Assembly: GCA_947501605.1 (NCBI GenBank)
Contig: CANMWZ010000038.1
Span: forward strand, 1 to 43,965
Direction: 5' to 3'
DNA length: 43,965 nt
Source of the DNA: Planctomycetota bacterium
Lineage (GTDB): Bacteria; Planctomycetota; UBA1135; UBA2386
The notes beneath the pieces were generated by a model. That model worked only from the letters and a program-made list of their open reading frames with translations. It did no database searches and had not been told where the DNA came from. Shown piece by piece: positions 27,651 through 35,958 of the stretch. Both the position numbers and the translations under genes were made by a program. Within the stretch, counting starts at the first letter, position 1, and every line of letters begins with the position of its first letter.

Positions 27651-28226
27651 ATGGACCCAGCCGACGTCATCGACGCTGCGGCGCGCCGCTTCACGGCGCG
27701 CTACGAGCAGATCGCACCCGCCCTGTGCGTGTGGGCGATGCGCCACGTGTCGGCGACGGTTCGCGCCCGCATCGAAGTCGACGATGTGCTGCAGGAGACT
27801 TGGCTCCGCGCCTTGCGGCTCCAAGACCGGTTCACCGGCGACGACGCCGCTTTCCGCTCGTGGATCTTCGCGATCGGCAAGAACCTGCTGCTCGAGGTGC
27901 AGCGGAGTACGCGGCGCCTCCAGCGCGTGCGCATCGGTGACGGCGACACCGCCCAGTTTCATGCCTTCGACCAGATCTCGGCCTCGGTGACGGCGATGTC
28001 GCAGGTGCTGCTCCGCGACGAGGCGATCCAGAGATTCCACGCCTATCTGCAAACGCTGCCGCGTGCGGATCAAGATCTCGTGTCGTTCTGCGGCCTTGAA
28101 GGGAGCACCTGCGCTGAAGCGGCGCGAAAACTCGGTATCGGCGAAGAGGCCGCGCACAAGCGCTGGCAACGCCTTCGCGCCCGCTTGCGCGAAGGCGGGC
28201 TCGCTGACGAGTGGCTGTGCGCATGA
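27651..28226 (+). CDS. ECF sigma-70 factor
   Basis: Sigma2 VDDVLQETWL...FRSWIFAIGKN, sigma4 HTH AEAARKLGIGEEAAHKRWQR. Confidence 0.9.
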   Translation: MDPADVIDAAARRFTARYEQIAPALCVWAMRHVSATVRARIEVDDVLQETWLRALRLQDRFTGDDAAFRSWIFAIGKNLLLEVQRSTRRLQRVRIGDGDTAQFHAFDQISASVTAMSQVLLRDEAIQRFHAYLQTLPRADQDLVSFCGLEGSTCAEAARKLGIGEEAAHKRWQRLRARLREGGLADEWLCA

Positions 28227-31200
28227 CCGAAGTCCCACAACCGCGCGCGGACGAAGCCGATCTGTTCGACTTCGTGGCGACCTTCCTGCGCGATCGTGAA
28301 GACGGGCAAGAGCTACCGCTCGCCGACTACCAAAAGCGCTATCCCGGACGCGAAGCGGAGATCGCGCGCGAGCATCAGCGACTCTGCAGCGAAGCCTCGA
28401 GCCCGTTGGCTGCAGCGGCCGCGACCGTTCACCGCATCGGTCCGTATCAGGTGATCCGACAGCTCGGCAGCGGCGGCCAAGGCGTCGTGCTGCTCGCCGA
28501 GGACACGCGACTGCGACGGCGCGTGGCCTTGAAGGTGCTGGCGCCCCATCTCGACTTCGTGTCCAGCGAACGATTGCAGCGCTTTCGTCGCGAGGCCGAG
28601 ATCCTGTCGCAGCTCGACCATCCCGGTATCTGCCAGGTCTATGAGGCCGATGCGCAGGACGGCGTCCCCTACCTCGCGATGCGCTACGTCGACGGCCAGT
28701 CGCTGGCGGCCCTGCTGCACGAACGCCGCCAGAAGGGCCAATTGCCGCGCACCCGCCGCGACGTGCACGAGGTCATGGGCTTCATCGAGGCGGCCGCGCG
28801 CGCCGTGCACGAAGCGCACGAACACGGCATCGTGCACCGCGACATCAAGCCCGGCAACTTGATGATCACCGCCGAGGGCCAACCCGTACTGCTCGACTTC
28901 GGGCTCGCGCGGCAATCGAGTACGGAAGACCTCCAGATCACGCGCGCCGGCGATGTGTTCGGCACCCTGAGTTACATGGCGCCGGAGATCCTGCAGGCGC
29001 GACCCGCCGACTGGCGCGCCGATGTCTATGCGCTGGGCGTGACGCTGTTCGAGTGCCTGACGCACCAGTTGCCGTTCGCGTCGAAGTCGCAGGCCGAGCT
29101 GTTGCGCGCAATCGAACAAGGCGACGCGGTGCCGCCGCAACGACTCAACGACGCCGTGCCACACGATCTGGCGGTCGTCGTCGCGACTGCGATCGCCCGC
29201 AACCCGTCCCAGCGCTACGCCACGGCCGCCGCGTTTGCCGACGACCTCGCGCGCGTGCGAACGCGCGAGCCGATCCTCGCGCGCCGCACCCGCCTGCACC
29301 TTCGCCTGCTGCGCTGGACCCAGCGACACCCGACGCTGGCGACGGCGACGCTGGTGTGTATCGCGTCCGTGATCGGGCTGCTGCTCGCGTTCAGCCGCCT
29401 CAGCGCCAACGAACGTGCGGCCTCGGCATTGCACCGCGCCCTGCAAGCGACCGGAACCGAAGAGGGCGCGACGGCAGCACTCATCGATCTGCTCGCCGCC
29501 GAAAAGCGCTCACCGCGGCCAGCTCTGCGCGATGCGATGTGGACCGTGCTCGACGGCAACCACCTCGCCTGGCAGTCACCGCGCACGCCAGTGCCGGCCC
29601 TGCAGGTCGATCCCTCCCCGACCTTCGACCCGACCGGCCGCTTGGTCGCCGAGAGTGACGCGCATGGCTTTGTGACCCTGCGGCAAGCACGAACCGGAGC
29701 GCTGGTGCGCCGCCAACGCGTACTCAACGGTGCTGGCAGCGACCTCGAGTTCATGTCCAAGGACCGATTGCTGGCGGCGACGGGGCATTCGCTGCGCATC
29801 GTGTCGGTGCCCGACCTGGCGACGGTGCAGAGCCTCGCACTGCCGATGGTCGAACCGATCACCGACTCGGCCCGCGTCGCCGCCACGGTTTCGCCGGACG
29901 GCGCGACCATCGCGCTCGGGCTACCAGGAGCCATCTGGCTGCTCGATTCGCGCACCCTCGTGCGGCAGGCAGAGATCGAACTGAGCGCCGCAGTCGCCGT
30001 GCGCCACATCGAGTTCGCGCCCGGCGGCGCGCACATCGCGGTGCTCGGCCGCAGCATGGGCGCCGACCCCCATGCCTGCACCCATGCGTGGATCGTCGAA
30101 CTGCAGTCGCGGCGCACGGTCTACTGCATGCCCGTCGAGACCGAGGGCACCCTCTGGCTCGCCTGGCATCCGAGCGGTGCGCAGTTCGTGCTCACCGGCA
30201 ACGGCGGCACGGTACGGGTACGCGACAGCCATGACGGCGCGCTTCGCTTCGAGCGAGCTGCGGGCCAGGAGGTCAACTGGTGTGGTTTCGATCCCAGTGG
30301 CAGAGCGCTGCTGGTGCCCACCGACCGCGGCACCGATGTGTTCGCTTGGCAAGACTCCCACGCACCGCCCATCGCGCACTTCGACCACCCGTCCGAGCGC
30401 ACGATTGGATCGGCCTCGTTCGCGCCAGACGGCAGCCGCTTTGCCTGCGTACTGCGCGACGGCTCGATGCTGATCTTTGCGACCGCCGACTGGACGCTGC
30501 TGCGCCAGTCGCGCCACCGGGTGCGCGACGCGCGCTGGCTGGCGTGGTTGCCGGACGGTTCGGCGCTGCTGACCGCGGACATGGACCACACGACCGCATG
30601 GGCCACGGGTGTGCGGTCGCACCTTCCCGAACTGCGCGGCCACCGCAGTGCGGTGACCTCGATCGAGTCGAATGCAACTGGCACTCGCTGGGTGTCGGCG
30701 GCGCGCGACGGGACGGCGCGCATCTGGGCAATCGACCGAGCCGATGCGTTGCACGTGCTCGACCATCAGAACTCACCCGTTATGAGGGCGACGTTTTCGC
30801 CTGACGGCACCCGCGTGCTGACGATCGCGGCCGACGGCGTCGTGCGCATCTTCGACGCCGAGGGCGGCGCGTGCCTACACCAGCGACGCGACCACGACGG
30901 CCATGCGACCGACGCGCGCTTCCTCGGCACTTCGGGGCAGTTCGTCAGCGTCGGTGACGACGGCCGCGCCATCGTCTACGACCTTGCGAACGGAGGCGTC
31001 CTCCATGAATGGCATCCGAGCGACGCCCCCGTGCGCAGCCTCGACTATGACGCCGGTCGCAGGTGGCTGGCACTCGGGGGAGCCGATCGCCACGTCACGG
31101 TCCTCGACTGCGCGACAGGCGCGATGGTGCGCCGCATCGATGTCTCGCGCGAAATCGACGACTGGCGCGTCAACCCACTGCACCAGGTCCGCGGGATCGC

Positions 31201-31705
31201 CTTCGACCACGAGCGCGGCGAGTTGTTTGCCTCGTTGGTCAACAACTACTTGATGCAGTGGAAGCTCGAGGACTGGAGCTGTCAGCAGGTGCGAAACGAC
31301 ATGTTCGGCGGCCCGTTGGCCGTCGACCCGCGGAGCGGTCGAGTCGTGTGCGCGGACTACTCGTTCGGGCGCGCATCACTCGCCGGCGAGGGCGCCTTTC
31401 AGCAAATGACCGTCGATGGCCGCTCCGCCCACAGCAACCGCATTGCCGCCGTCGAAGTGGCGCCCGGCGGCGGCTTCGCGCTGACGGCCGGCCACGACGG
31501 CCAGCTGTTCGTCTGGGACCTTGCCGCACGCGCACCCATCCAGAGCTTGCGCACGGGCAGCGCGATCCTCGATGCCAGCTTCAGCGGCGACGGGCGCTGG
31601 ATTGCAACCGCTTGCGCCGATGGTGCCATCAAGCTCTGGCCGCGCGACCCGGTCGCCACCGCCCACGAGTATCTGGAACGCCGCGAGCGCGCCCGCGAGC
31701 GCTGA
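28223..31705 (+). CDS. Hanks-type Ser/Thr kinase with TM helix and WD40 repeats
   Basis: LGSGGQGVV, VALK, HRDIKPGN, DFGLA, GTLSYMAPE, DVYALG, TM segment, GH...DGT/IW WD40 repeats. ATGA overlap with the ECF gene. Confidence 0.92.
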   Translation: MTEVPQPRADEADLFDFVATFLRDREDGQELPLADYQKRYPGREAEIAREHQRLCSEASSPLAAAAATVHRIGPYQVIRQLGSGGQGVVLLAEDTRLRRRVALKVLAPHLDFVSSERLQRFRREAEILSQLDHPGICQVYEADAQDGVPYLAMRYVDGQSLAALLHERRQKGQLPRTRRDVHEVMGFIEAAARAVHEAHEHGIVHRDIKPGNLMITAEGQPVLLDFGLARQSSTEDLQITRAGDVFGTLSYMAPEILQARPADWRADVYALGVTLFECLTHQLPFASKSQAELLRAIEQGDAVPPQRLNDAVPHDLAVVVATAIARNPSQRYATAAAFADDLARVRTREPILARRTRLHLRLLRWTQRHPTLATATLVCIASVIGLLLAFSRLSANERAASALHRALQATGTEEGATAALIDLLAAEKRSPRPALRDAMWTVLDGNHLAWQSPRTPVPALQVDPSPTFDPTGRLVAESDAHGFVTLRQARTGALVRRQRVLNGAGSDLEFMSKDRLLAATGHSLRIVSVPDLATVQSLALPMVEPITDSARVAATVSPDGATIALGLPGAIWLLDSRTLVRQAEIELSAAVAVRHIEFAPGGAHIAVLGRSMGADPHACTHAWIVELQSRRTVYCMPVETEGTLWLAWHPSGAQFVLTGNGGTVRVRDSHDGALRFERAAGQEVNWCGFDPSGRALLVPTDRGTDVFAWQDSHAPPIAHFDHPSERTIGSASFAPDGSRFACVLRDGSMLIFATADWTLLRQSRHRVRDARWLAWLPDGSALLTADMDHTTAWATGVRSHLPELRGHRSAVTSIESNATGTRWVSAARDGTARIWAIDRADALHVLDHQNSPVMRATFSPDGTRVLTIAADGVVRIFDAEGGACLHQRRDHDGHATDARFLGTSGQFVSVGDDGRAIVYDLANGGVLHEWHPSDAPVRSLDYDAGRRWLALGGADRHVTVLDCATGAMVRRIDVSREIDDWRVNPLHQVRGIAFDHERGELFASLVNNYLMQWKLEDWSCQQVRNDMFGGPLAVDPRSGRVVCADYSFGRASLAGEGAFQQMTVDGRSAHSNRIAAVEVAPGGGFALTAGHDGQLFVWDLAARAPIQSLRTGSAILDASFSGDGRWIATACADGAIKLWPRDPVATAHEYLERRERARER

Positions 31706-31723
31706 CCGCCGTCCGGTTGCGCC

Positions 31724-31815
31724 GCCGCAGCGTGATCCCCGTGGGGGCGGCGCTGCGGCCCGGCCTGTGAACCGCGGCGAGCGCGTGGCGGGCTATCGCT
31801 TGCGCTCGCGGCGGT
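31724..31815. terminator. Two GC-rich hairpins between convergent genes
   Basis: gccgcagcg...cgctgcggc (31724-31759) and accgc..cgagcgc...gcgctcg..gcggt (31771-31815). Confidence 0.45.
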
Positions 31816-31830
31816 CTGCGGCCAAAGAAC

Positions 31831-33222
31831 TCACCACTCGACCGTCGCTGGCGTGCTGAGCACGAGGCCCGGAGCAAACGTCCCAGCCTGGAACACCACC
31901 TTGGCGCTGACATTGACCGGCGGGGTCGCGAACGTCGTGAAGCCACCGCCAGTGAACGTGCTCCAGACCCAGGAGAGCACATAGACGTCGGGAAACAGCA
32001 GGTTGGGGAAGGGCACACACGGCGCGACGTTCGGTGGCGAGATCGCGGCAAACACGAAGTTGACGGCGCCCGGCGAATACATATCGATCACCGCAGGGCT
32101 GCCCAGTGGCACGACATGCTGCTGGGGCTCGAGCACGAAGCGGTCCGTCCGAGTCAGACAGATCGCGTTCAGGAAGCTCGGCACACCCGTCGCCGCCGTC
32201 GGTGGCCGCAGGCCGACCTGGATGCCGAGCGTCGGACCAAAGCCACACTGAGTGCCGAACGGCACGCAGGTCGCCGTCCAAATCTGCCCGCCAGCGGCAG
32301 TCGTCAGCACACTGCCACCCGTGAGCGTGCTCGCGGTGAAGATCAAAGACGGGCGCGCAGTGACCGCCCCGGTGCAGCCTGGGACGATGCCAAACGGGCC
32401 GGCGTAGTCGATCTCGAGGCCTTCGAGGTCGCCCACTTGCGTGACGCAGACGCCGTTGGCGTTGGCGACATTTGCACCGACCACGAACGCGTCCATCATC
32501 GCTTCGCTGTAGCAGAGCTCGGCGCATCCAGGCAGCACGCTCGCAACGCGCAGGTCGGCCGTCCAAGTGATCGAAGCTGCCGGAATCACGAGGACATCGC
32601 CATCCCGCACGAAGGCCAGACCACAACCAGCGGTGACGGCGAGGTTCTGGTTCAGCGAGAAGTAGACGCCCATGCTCGGGTCCGCGGCGATGGCATCGAC
32701 GTCGACGACGATCGGCGTGGGCGGCAGGCCGAGCGCAATCTGCACGTCTTCGGCCTTCAAGAAGTACTCGACGACGCCAAAGCCTGACGTGTTGTAGATG
32801 ATGCGGCCGGTGTCGCCCGGACGCAGGCCAGGGGCGCCGCTGTTGGCCACGCCCATCGCTTGCGAAGGCGACCAGAACACCGTGCGCTGGCTCGGCGCGG
32901 CCGCCGCCAACGGACTCTGCATGTCGAGCAGGGCATCGATGCGACCAAAGCGCAGTGGATCGTGGATCAACCCATCCGGCTGGTCATCGCCTGCCATGGT
33001 GTCGTAGCAGGTTCGCGGGCTCCACTTCTCGGCGGAGAACGTCGGGCACGGCTGCAGGTCGAGCTGCGTGACCTCGTTGGGCAGCAGCCGCTGCAACACG
33101 GTGCCGCCGCTGCCGGACATCGTGAACTCGGTCTGGCTCGTGGTGTAGAGCATGGACGGGGTCTGAGCCGCGACGTGGGCAGCAAGCACAGGAGCAAGGG
33201 CAGCGAGTAGGCGAAGGTTCAT
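31831..33222 (-). CDS. Secreted hypothetical protein, paralog A
   Basis: Signal peptide ending VAA|Q. IDAL, VDAIA and LEGLE acidic repeats. C-terminus KVVFQAG...STPATVEW. Confidence 0.8.
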   Translation of the reverse strand: MNLRLLAALAPVLAAHVAAQTPSMLYTTSQTEFTMSGSGGTVLQRLLPNEVTQLDLQPCPTFSAEKWSPRTCYDTMAGDDQPDGLIHDPLRFGRIDALLDMQSPLAAAAPSQRTVFWSPSQAMGVANSGAPGLRPGDTGRIIYNTSGFGVVEYFLKAEDVQIALGLPPTPIVVDVDAIAADPSMGVYFSLNQNLAVTAGCGLAFVRDGDVLVIPAASITWTADLRVASVLPGCAELCYSEAMMDAFVVGANVANANGVCVTQVGDLEGLEIDYAGPFGIVPGCTGAVTARPSLIFTASTLTGGSVLTTAAGGQIWTATCVPFGTQCGFGPTLGIQVGLRPPTAATGVPSFLNAICLTRTDRFVLEPQQHVVPLGSPAVIDMYSPGAVNFVFAAISPPNVAPCVPFPNLLFPDVYVLSWVWSTFTGGGFTTFATPPVNVSAKVVFQAGTFAPGLVLSTPATVEW

Positions 33223-33341
33223 GTTGGTCTCCGAGGGAATGGTGGGGATCGCTGCGGGTCAGCACTCGCGGCGCACCCTCACAAGAGTGCGTTCCCTCGA
33301 AACGCACGCAGGAGGTCGAAGAAATCGGCCCTAGAACGGCA

Positions 33342-33380
33342 CCAGCCACCCCGCAGCAACGGTCGCTGCGGGGTGGCTGG
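33342..33380. terminator. Perfect 16-bp inverted repeat between paralogs A and B
   Basis: ccagccaccccgcagc-aacggtc-gctgcggggtggctgg, 36 nt past the stop of paralog B. Confidence 0.65.
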
Positions 33381-33416
33381 CCTGCTAACGCTGGGAGTGC
33401 CCTGCGCGCGCAGCGA

Positions 33417-34814
33417 TCACCATTCGACGGTCGCTGGCGTGCTCAACACCAAGTTCGGACCGACGAAGGTGCCGGCCTGGAACACCACCTTGGCATTGAT
33501 GTTGACCGGCGGCGTCGCGAACGTCGTGAACCCAGGGCCCGTGAACGTGCTCCAGACCCAGGACAGCACGTAGACGTCCGGGAACAGCAAGTTCGGGAAC
33601 GGCGCGCACGGGGCGACGGTAGGCGGCGAGATCGCGGCGAACACGAAGTTGACTCCGCCCGGCGAGTTCATGTCGATGACGGCCGGGAAGCCCAGCGGCA
33701 CCACGTGCTGCTGCGGCTCGAGCACGTAGGGCGTCGTCCGCGTCAGGGCGATAGCGTTCATGTAGCTGGCGACGCCAGTCGACGCACTGGGTGGCAGCAG
33801 GCCGACTTGGTTGCCAAGCGTCGGCCCGGAGCCGCACGCGGTGCCGAGCAAACCGCAACTCGAACCCCAGATCTGGCCACCGAAGTTGGTGGTCAACACA
33901 CTGCAGCCGCGCAGGCTGCGAGCCGTGAAGATGAGCGTCGGTCGGACCGTCACCGTGCCAGTGCACCCAGGCGCGAAGAAGACCGGGACCTGAGTGTCGA
34001 TCTCCAGGCCTTCGACGTCGATGACCTGGGTCTGGCAGACGCCGAGGTGGTTGGCGACGTTCGCATTGGTGACGAACACATCCATCACGGCTTCGGGATA
34101 GACCATCTCGACCGACCCCGGGACCACGGCGGCGACGCGGAAGTCGGGCGTCCAGGTGATGGCTGCAGCAGGGATCACCAGCACGTCGCCATCCTGCACG
34201 AACGTCAGGCCACAGATGGTCGCGACCGGCAGGTTGTTGTTGAGCGAGAAGTAGACGCCCATGCTCGGGTCGGCCGCGATGGCATCGATGTCCAGCACCA
34301 CGGGGGTCGGCGGCAGGCCGAGCGCGATTTGCAGGTCCTCGACACGCAGGAAGTACTCGACGACGCCAAAGCCCGAGGTGTTGTAGACGATGCGGCCGGT
34401 GTCACCGGGACGCAGACCTGGCCCACCGCTGATGTTGGTGCCCATCGCGACCGAAGGCGACCAGAACACGGTGCGCTGGCTCGCCGGCCCACCGACGGGG
34501 CTCGGCATGTCCACCAACGCGTCGATGGCGCCGAACCGCAGTGGATTGAAGATGAAGCCGTCGGCGTTGTCGTCGCCGCCCATGGTGTCGTAGACGGTGC
34601 GCGGGCCCCACTTCTCGGCCGAGAACAACGGGCACGGGAACACGTCGTACTGAATGACTTCGTTCGGCCGGAGGGTCTGCAGGACGGTTCCGCCGCTGCC
34701 GGACAGAGTCTGTTCGGTGGCGCTCGTCGTGTAGAGCATCGAGGGGTTGTTCTGGGCGCACAGGGCGCTGGCCAAGAACGAGAGGACTGCGGCAGTGACG
34801 GGTGTGTGCTTCAT
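33417..34814 (-). CDS. Secreted hypothetical protein, paralog B
   Basis: Colinear with paralog A over the whole length. Signal peptide MKHTPVTAAVLSFLASALCA|Q from ATG 34814. Confidence 0.8.
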   Translation of the reverse strand: MKHTPVTAAVLSFLASALCAQNNPSMLYTTSATEQTLSGSGGTVLQTLRPNEVIQYDVFPCPLFSAEKWGPRTVYDTMGGDDNADGFIFNPLRFGAIDALVDMPSPVGGPASQRTVFWSPSVAMGTNISGGPGLRPGDTGRIVYNTSGFGVVEYFLRVEDLQIALGLPPTPVVLDIDAIAADPSMGVYFSLNNNLPVATICGLTFVQDGDVLVIPAAAITWTPDFRVAAVVPGSVEMVYPEAVMDVFVTNANVANHLGVCQTQVIDVEGLEIDTQVPVFFAPGCTGTVTVRPTLIFTARSLRGCSVLTTNFGGQIWGSSCGLLGTACGSGPTLGNQVGLLPPSASTGVASYMNAIALTRTTPYVLEPQQHVVPLGFPAVIDMNSPGGVNFVFAAISPPTVAPCAPFPNLLFPDVYVLSWVWSTFTGPGFTTFATPPVNINAKVVFQAGTFVGPNLVLSTPATVEW

Positions 34815-35037
34815 GGTTCGGTGGACGCGCGGGACGCGCTGGGTAATGACCCCTAGAACCACGCGCTGGACAAACGCACGCGGCTTTTCCCGGATCGCTG
34901 CACCGCATCGCCCAGCGACCGACGAACGCCAGCCAGGACAAGACATGTGCATCCGCCGCGATTCTGGTATGACTCCGCCCCGACTCCACGAGGCGTCCCC
35001 ACTCGGCGCAGCACCCAATGCACCGAGCGCGCACCTG

Positions 35038-35958
35038 ATGAACTTGCCCTCCGCCGCGTCCGCGGCTCCACAACCGCCCGTCCGTCTCCGATTCGACTGG
35101 GTGAACGTGTCCTTCCTAGCCTTCGCGCACGTGTGCGGAGTGCTCGCGGTGCTGTATCTGGCGTTGGTCCACTTTTCGTGGTGGACCCTCGGATTCGCCC
35201 TGGTTTGGGGGGTGTTCTGCGGTCTGTCGATCACCGGTGGCTACCACCGCTTGTTCGCGCACGGAGCCTATCGGGCATCCCTCCCCCTCCGGCTCTTCTA
35301 CCTGATGTTCGGCGCGGCCTCCGTGCAGAACTCGGCGCTGAAGTGGGCCTCGGATCATCGCGCCCATCACGCCCATACCGACAGTGATCGCGACCCCTAC
35401 GACATTCGTCGGGGGTTCTTCTGGGCGCATATAGGATGGGTGATGCACAAGGTCCCCGGCGGCGGTGTGCCGCTCGTCGATGACCTGAAACAAGACCCGG
35501 CGGTGCTGTTCCAGCATCGCTACTATCTGCCCCTTGCCTTCCTGTTCGGCGCACTGCTGCCGATGGCGATCGGCATGTGCTGGGGTGACCCGATTGGCAC
35601 GCTCCTGGTCGCCGGCTTCCTGCGCCTGTGCGTGCAGTGGCACGCGACGTTCTGCATCAACTCCTTGACGCACATGTTCGGCCGCCAGCCGTACACCACT
35701 CGGGTGTCGGCGCGCGACTCCGCTTGGGTTGCCCTGCTGACCTTTGGCGAGGGCTACCACAACTTCCACCACCGCTTCCAGGCCGACTACCGCAACGGGG
35801 TCCGCTGGTTCCACTACGACCCAACGAAGTGGTGGATCTGGCTGATGGCGCGAACGGGTCTCGCGCGCGGACTGCGGCGAGTGCCCGCAGACCGCATCGA
35901 GCAGGCTCGCCGTGAGACCACGGCAGCCTTCGCTCTGACCCAAGACTCCTCTCGATGA
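35038..35958 (+). CDS. Delta9-type acyl-CoA/acyl-lipid desaturase
   Basis: His boxes HRLFAH, HRAHH and HNFHH, plus GEGY and DPTKW. Start could be 34969. Confidence 0.92.
   Translation: MNLPSAASAAPQPPVRLRFDWVNVSFLAFAHVCGVLAVLYLALVHFSWWTLGFALVWGVFCGLSITGGYHRLFAHGAYRASLPLRLFYLMFGAASVQNSALKWASDHRAHHAHTDSDRDPYDIRRGFFWAHIGWVMHKVPGGGVPLVDDLKQDPAVLFQHRYYLPLAFLFGALLPMAIGMCWGDPIGTLLVAGFLRLCVQWHATFCINSLTHMFGRQPYTTRVSARDSAWVALLTFGEGYHNFHHRFQADYRNGVRWFHYDPTKWWIWLMARTGLARGLRRVPADRIEQARRETTAAFALTQDSSR

Noticed and set aside
31831..34814. Paralog similarity as a DGR template/variable repeat
   Set aside because: Differences are largely synonymous, not adenine-specific, span the whole genes, and no reverse transcriptase is present.
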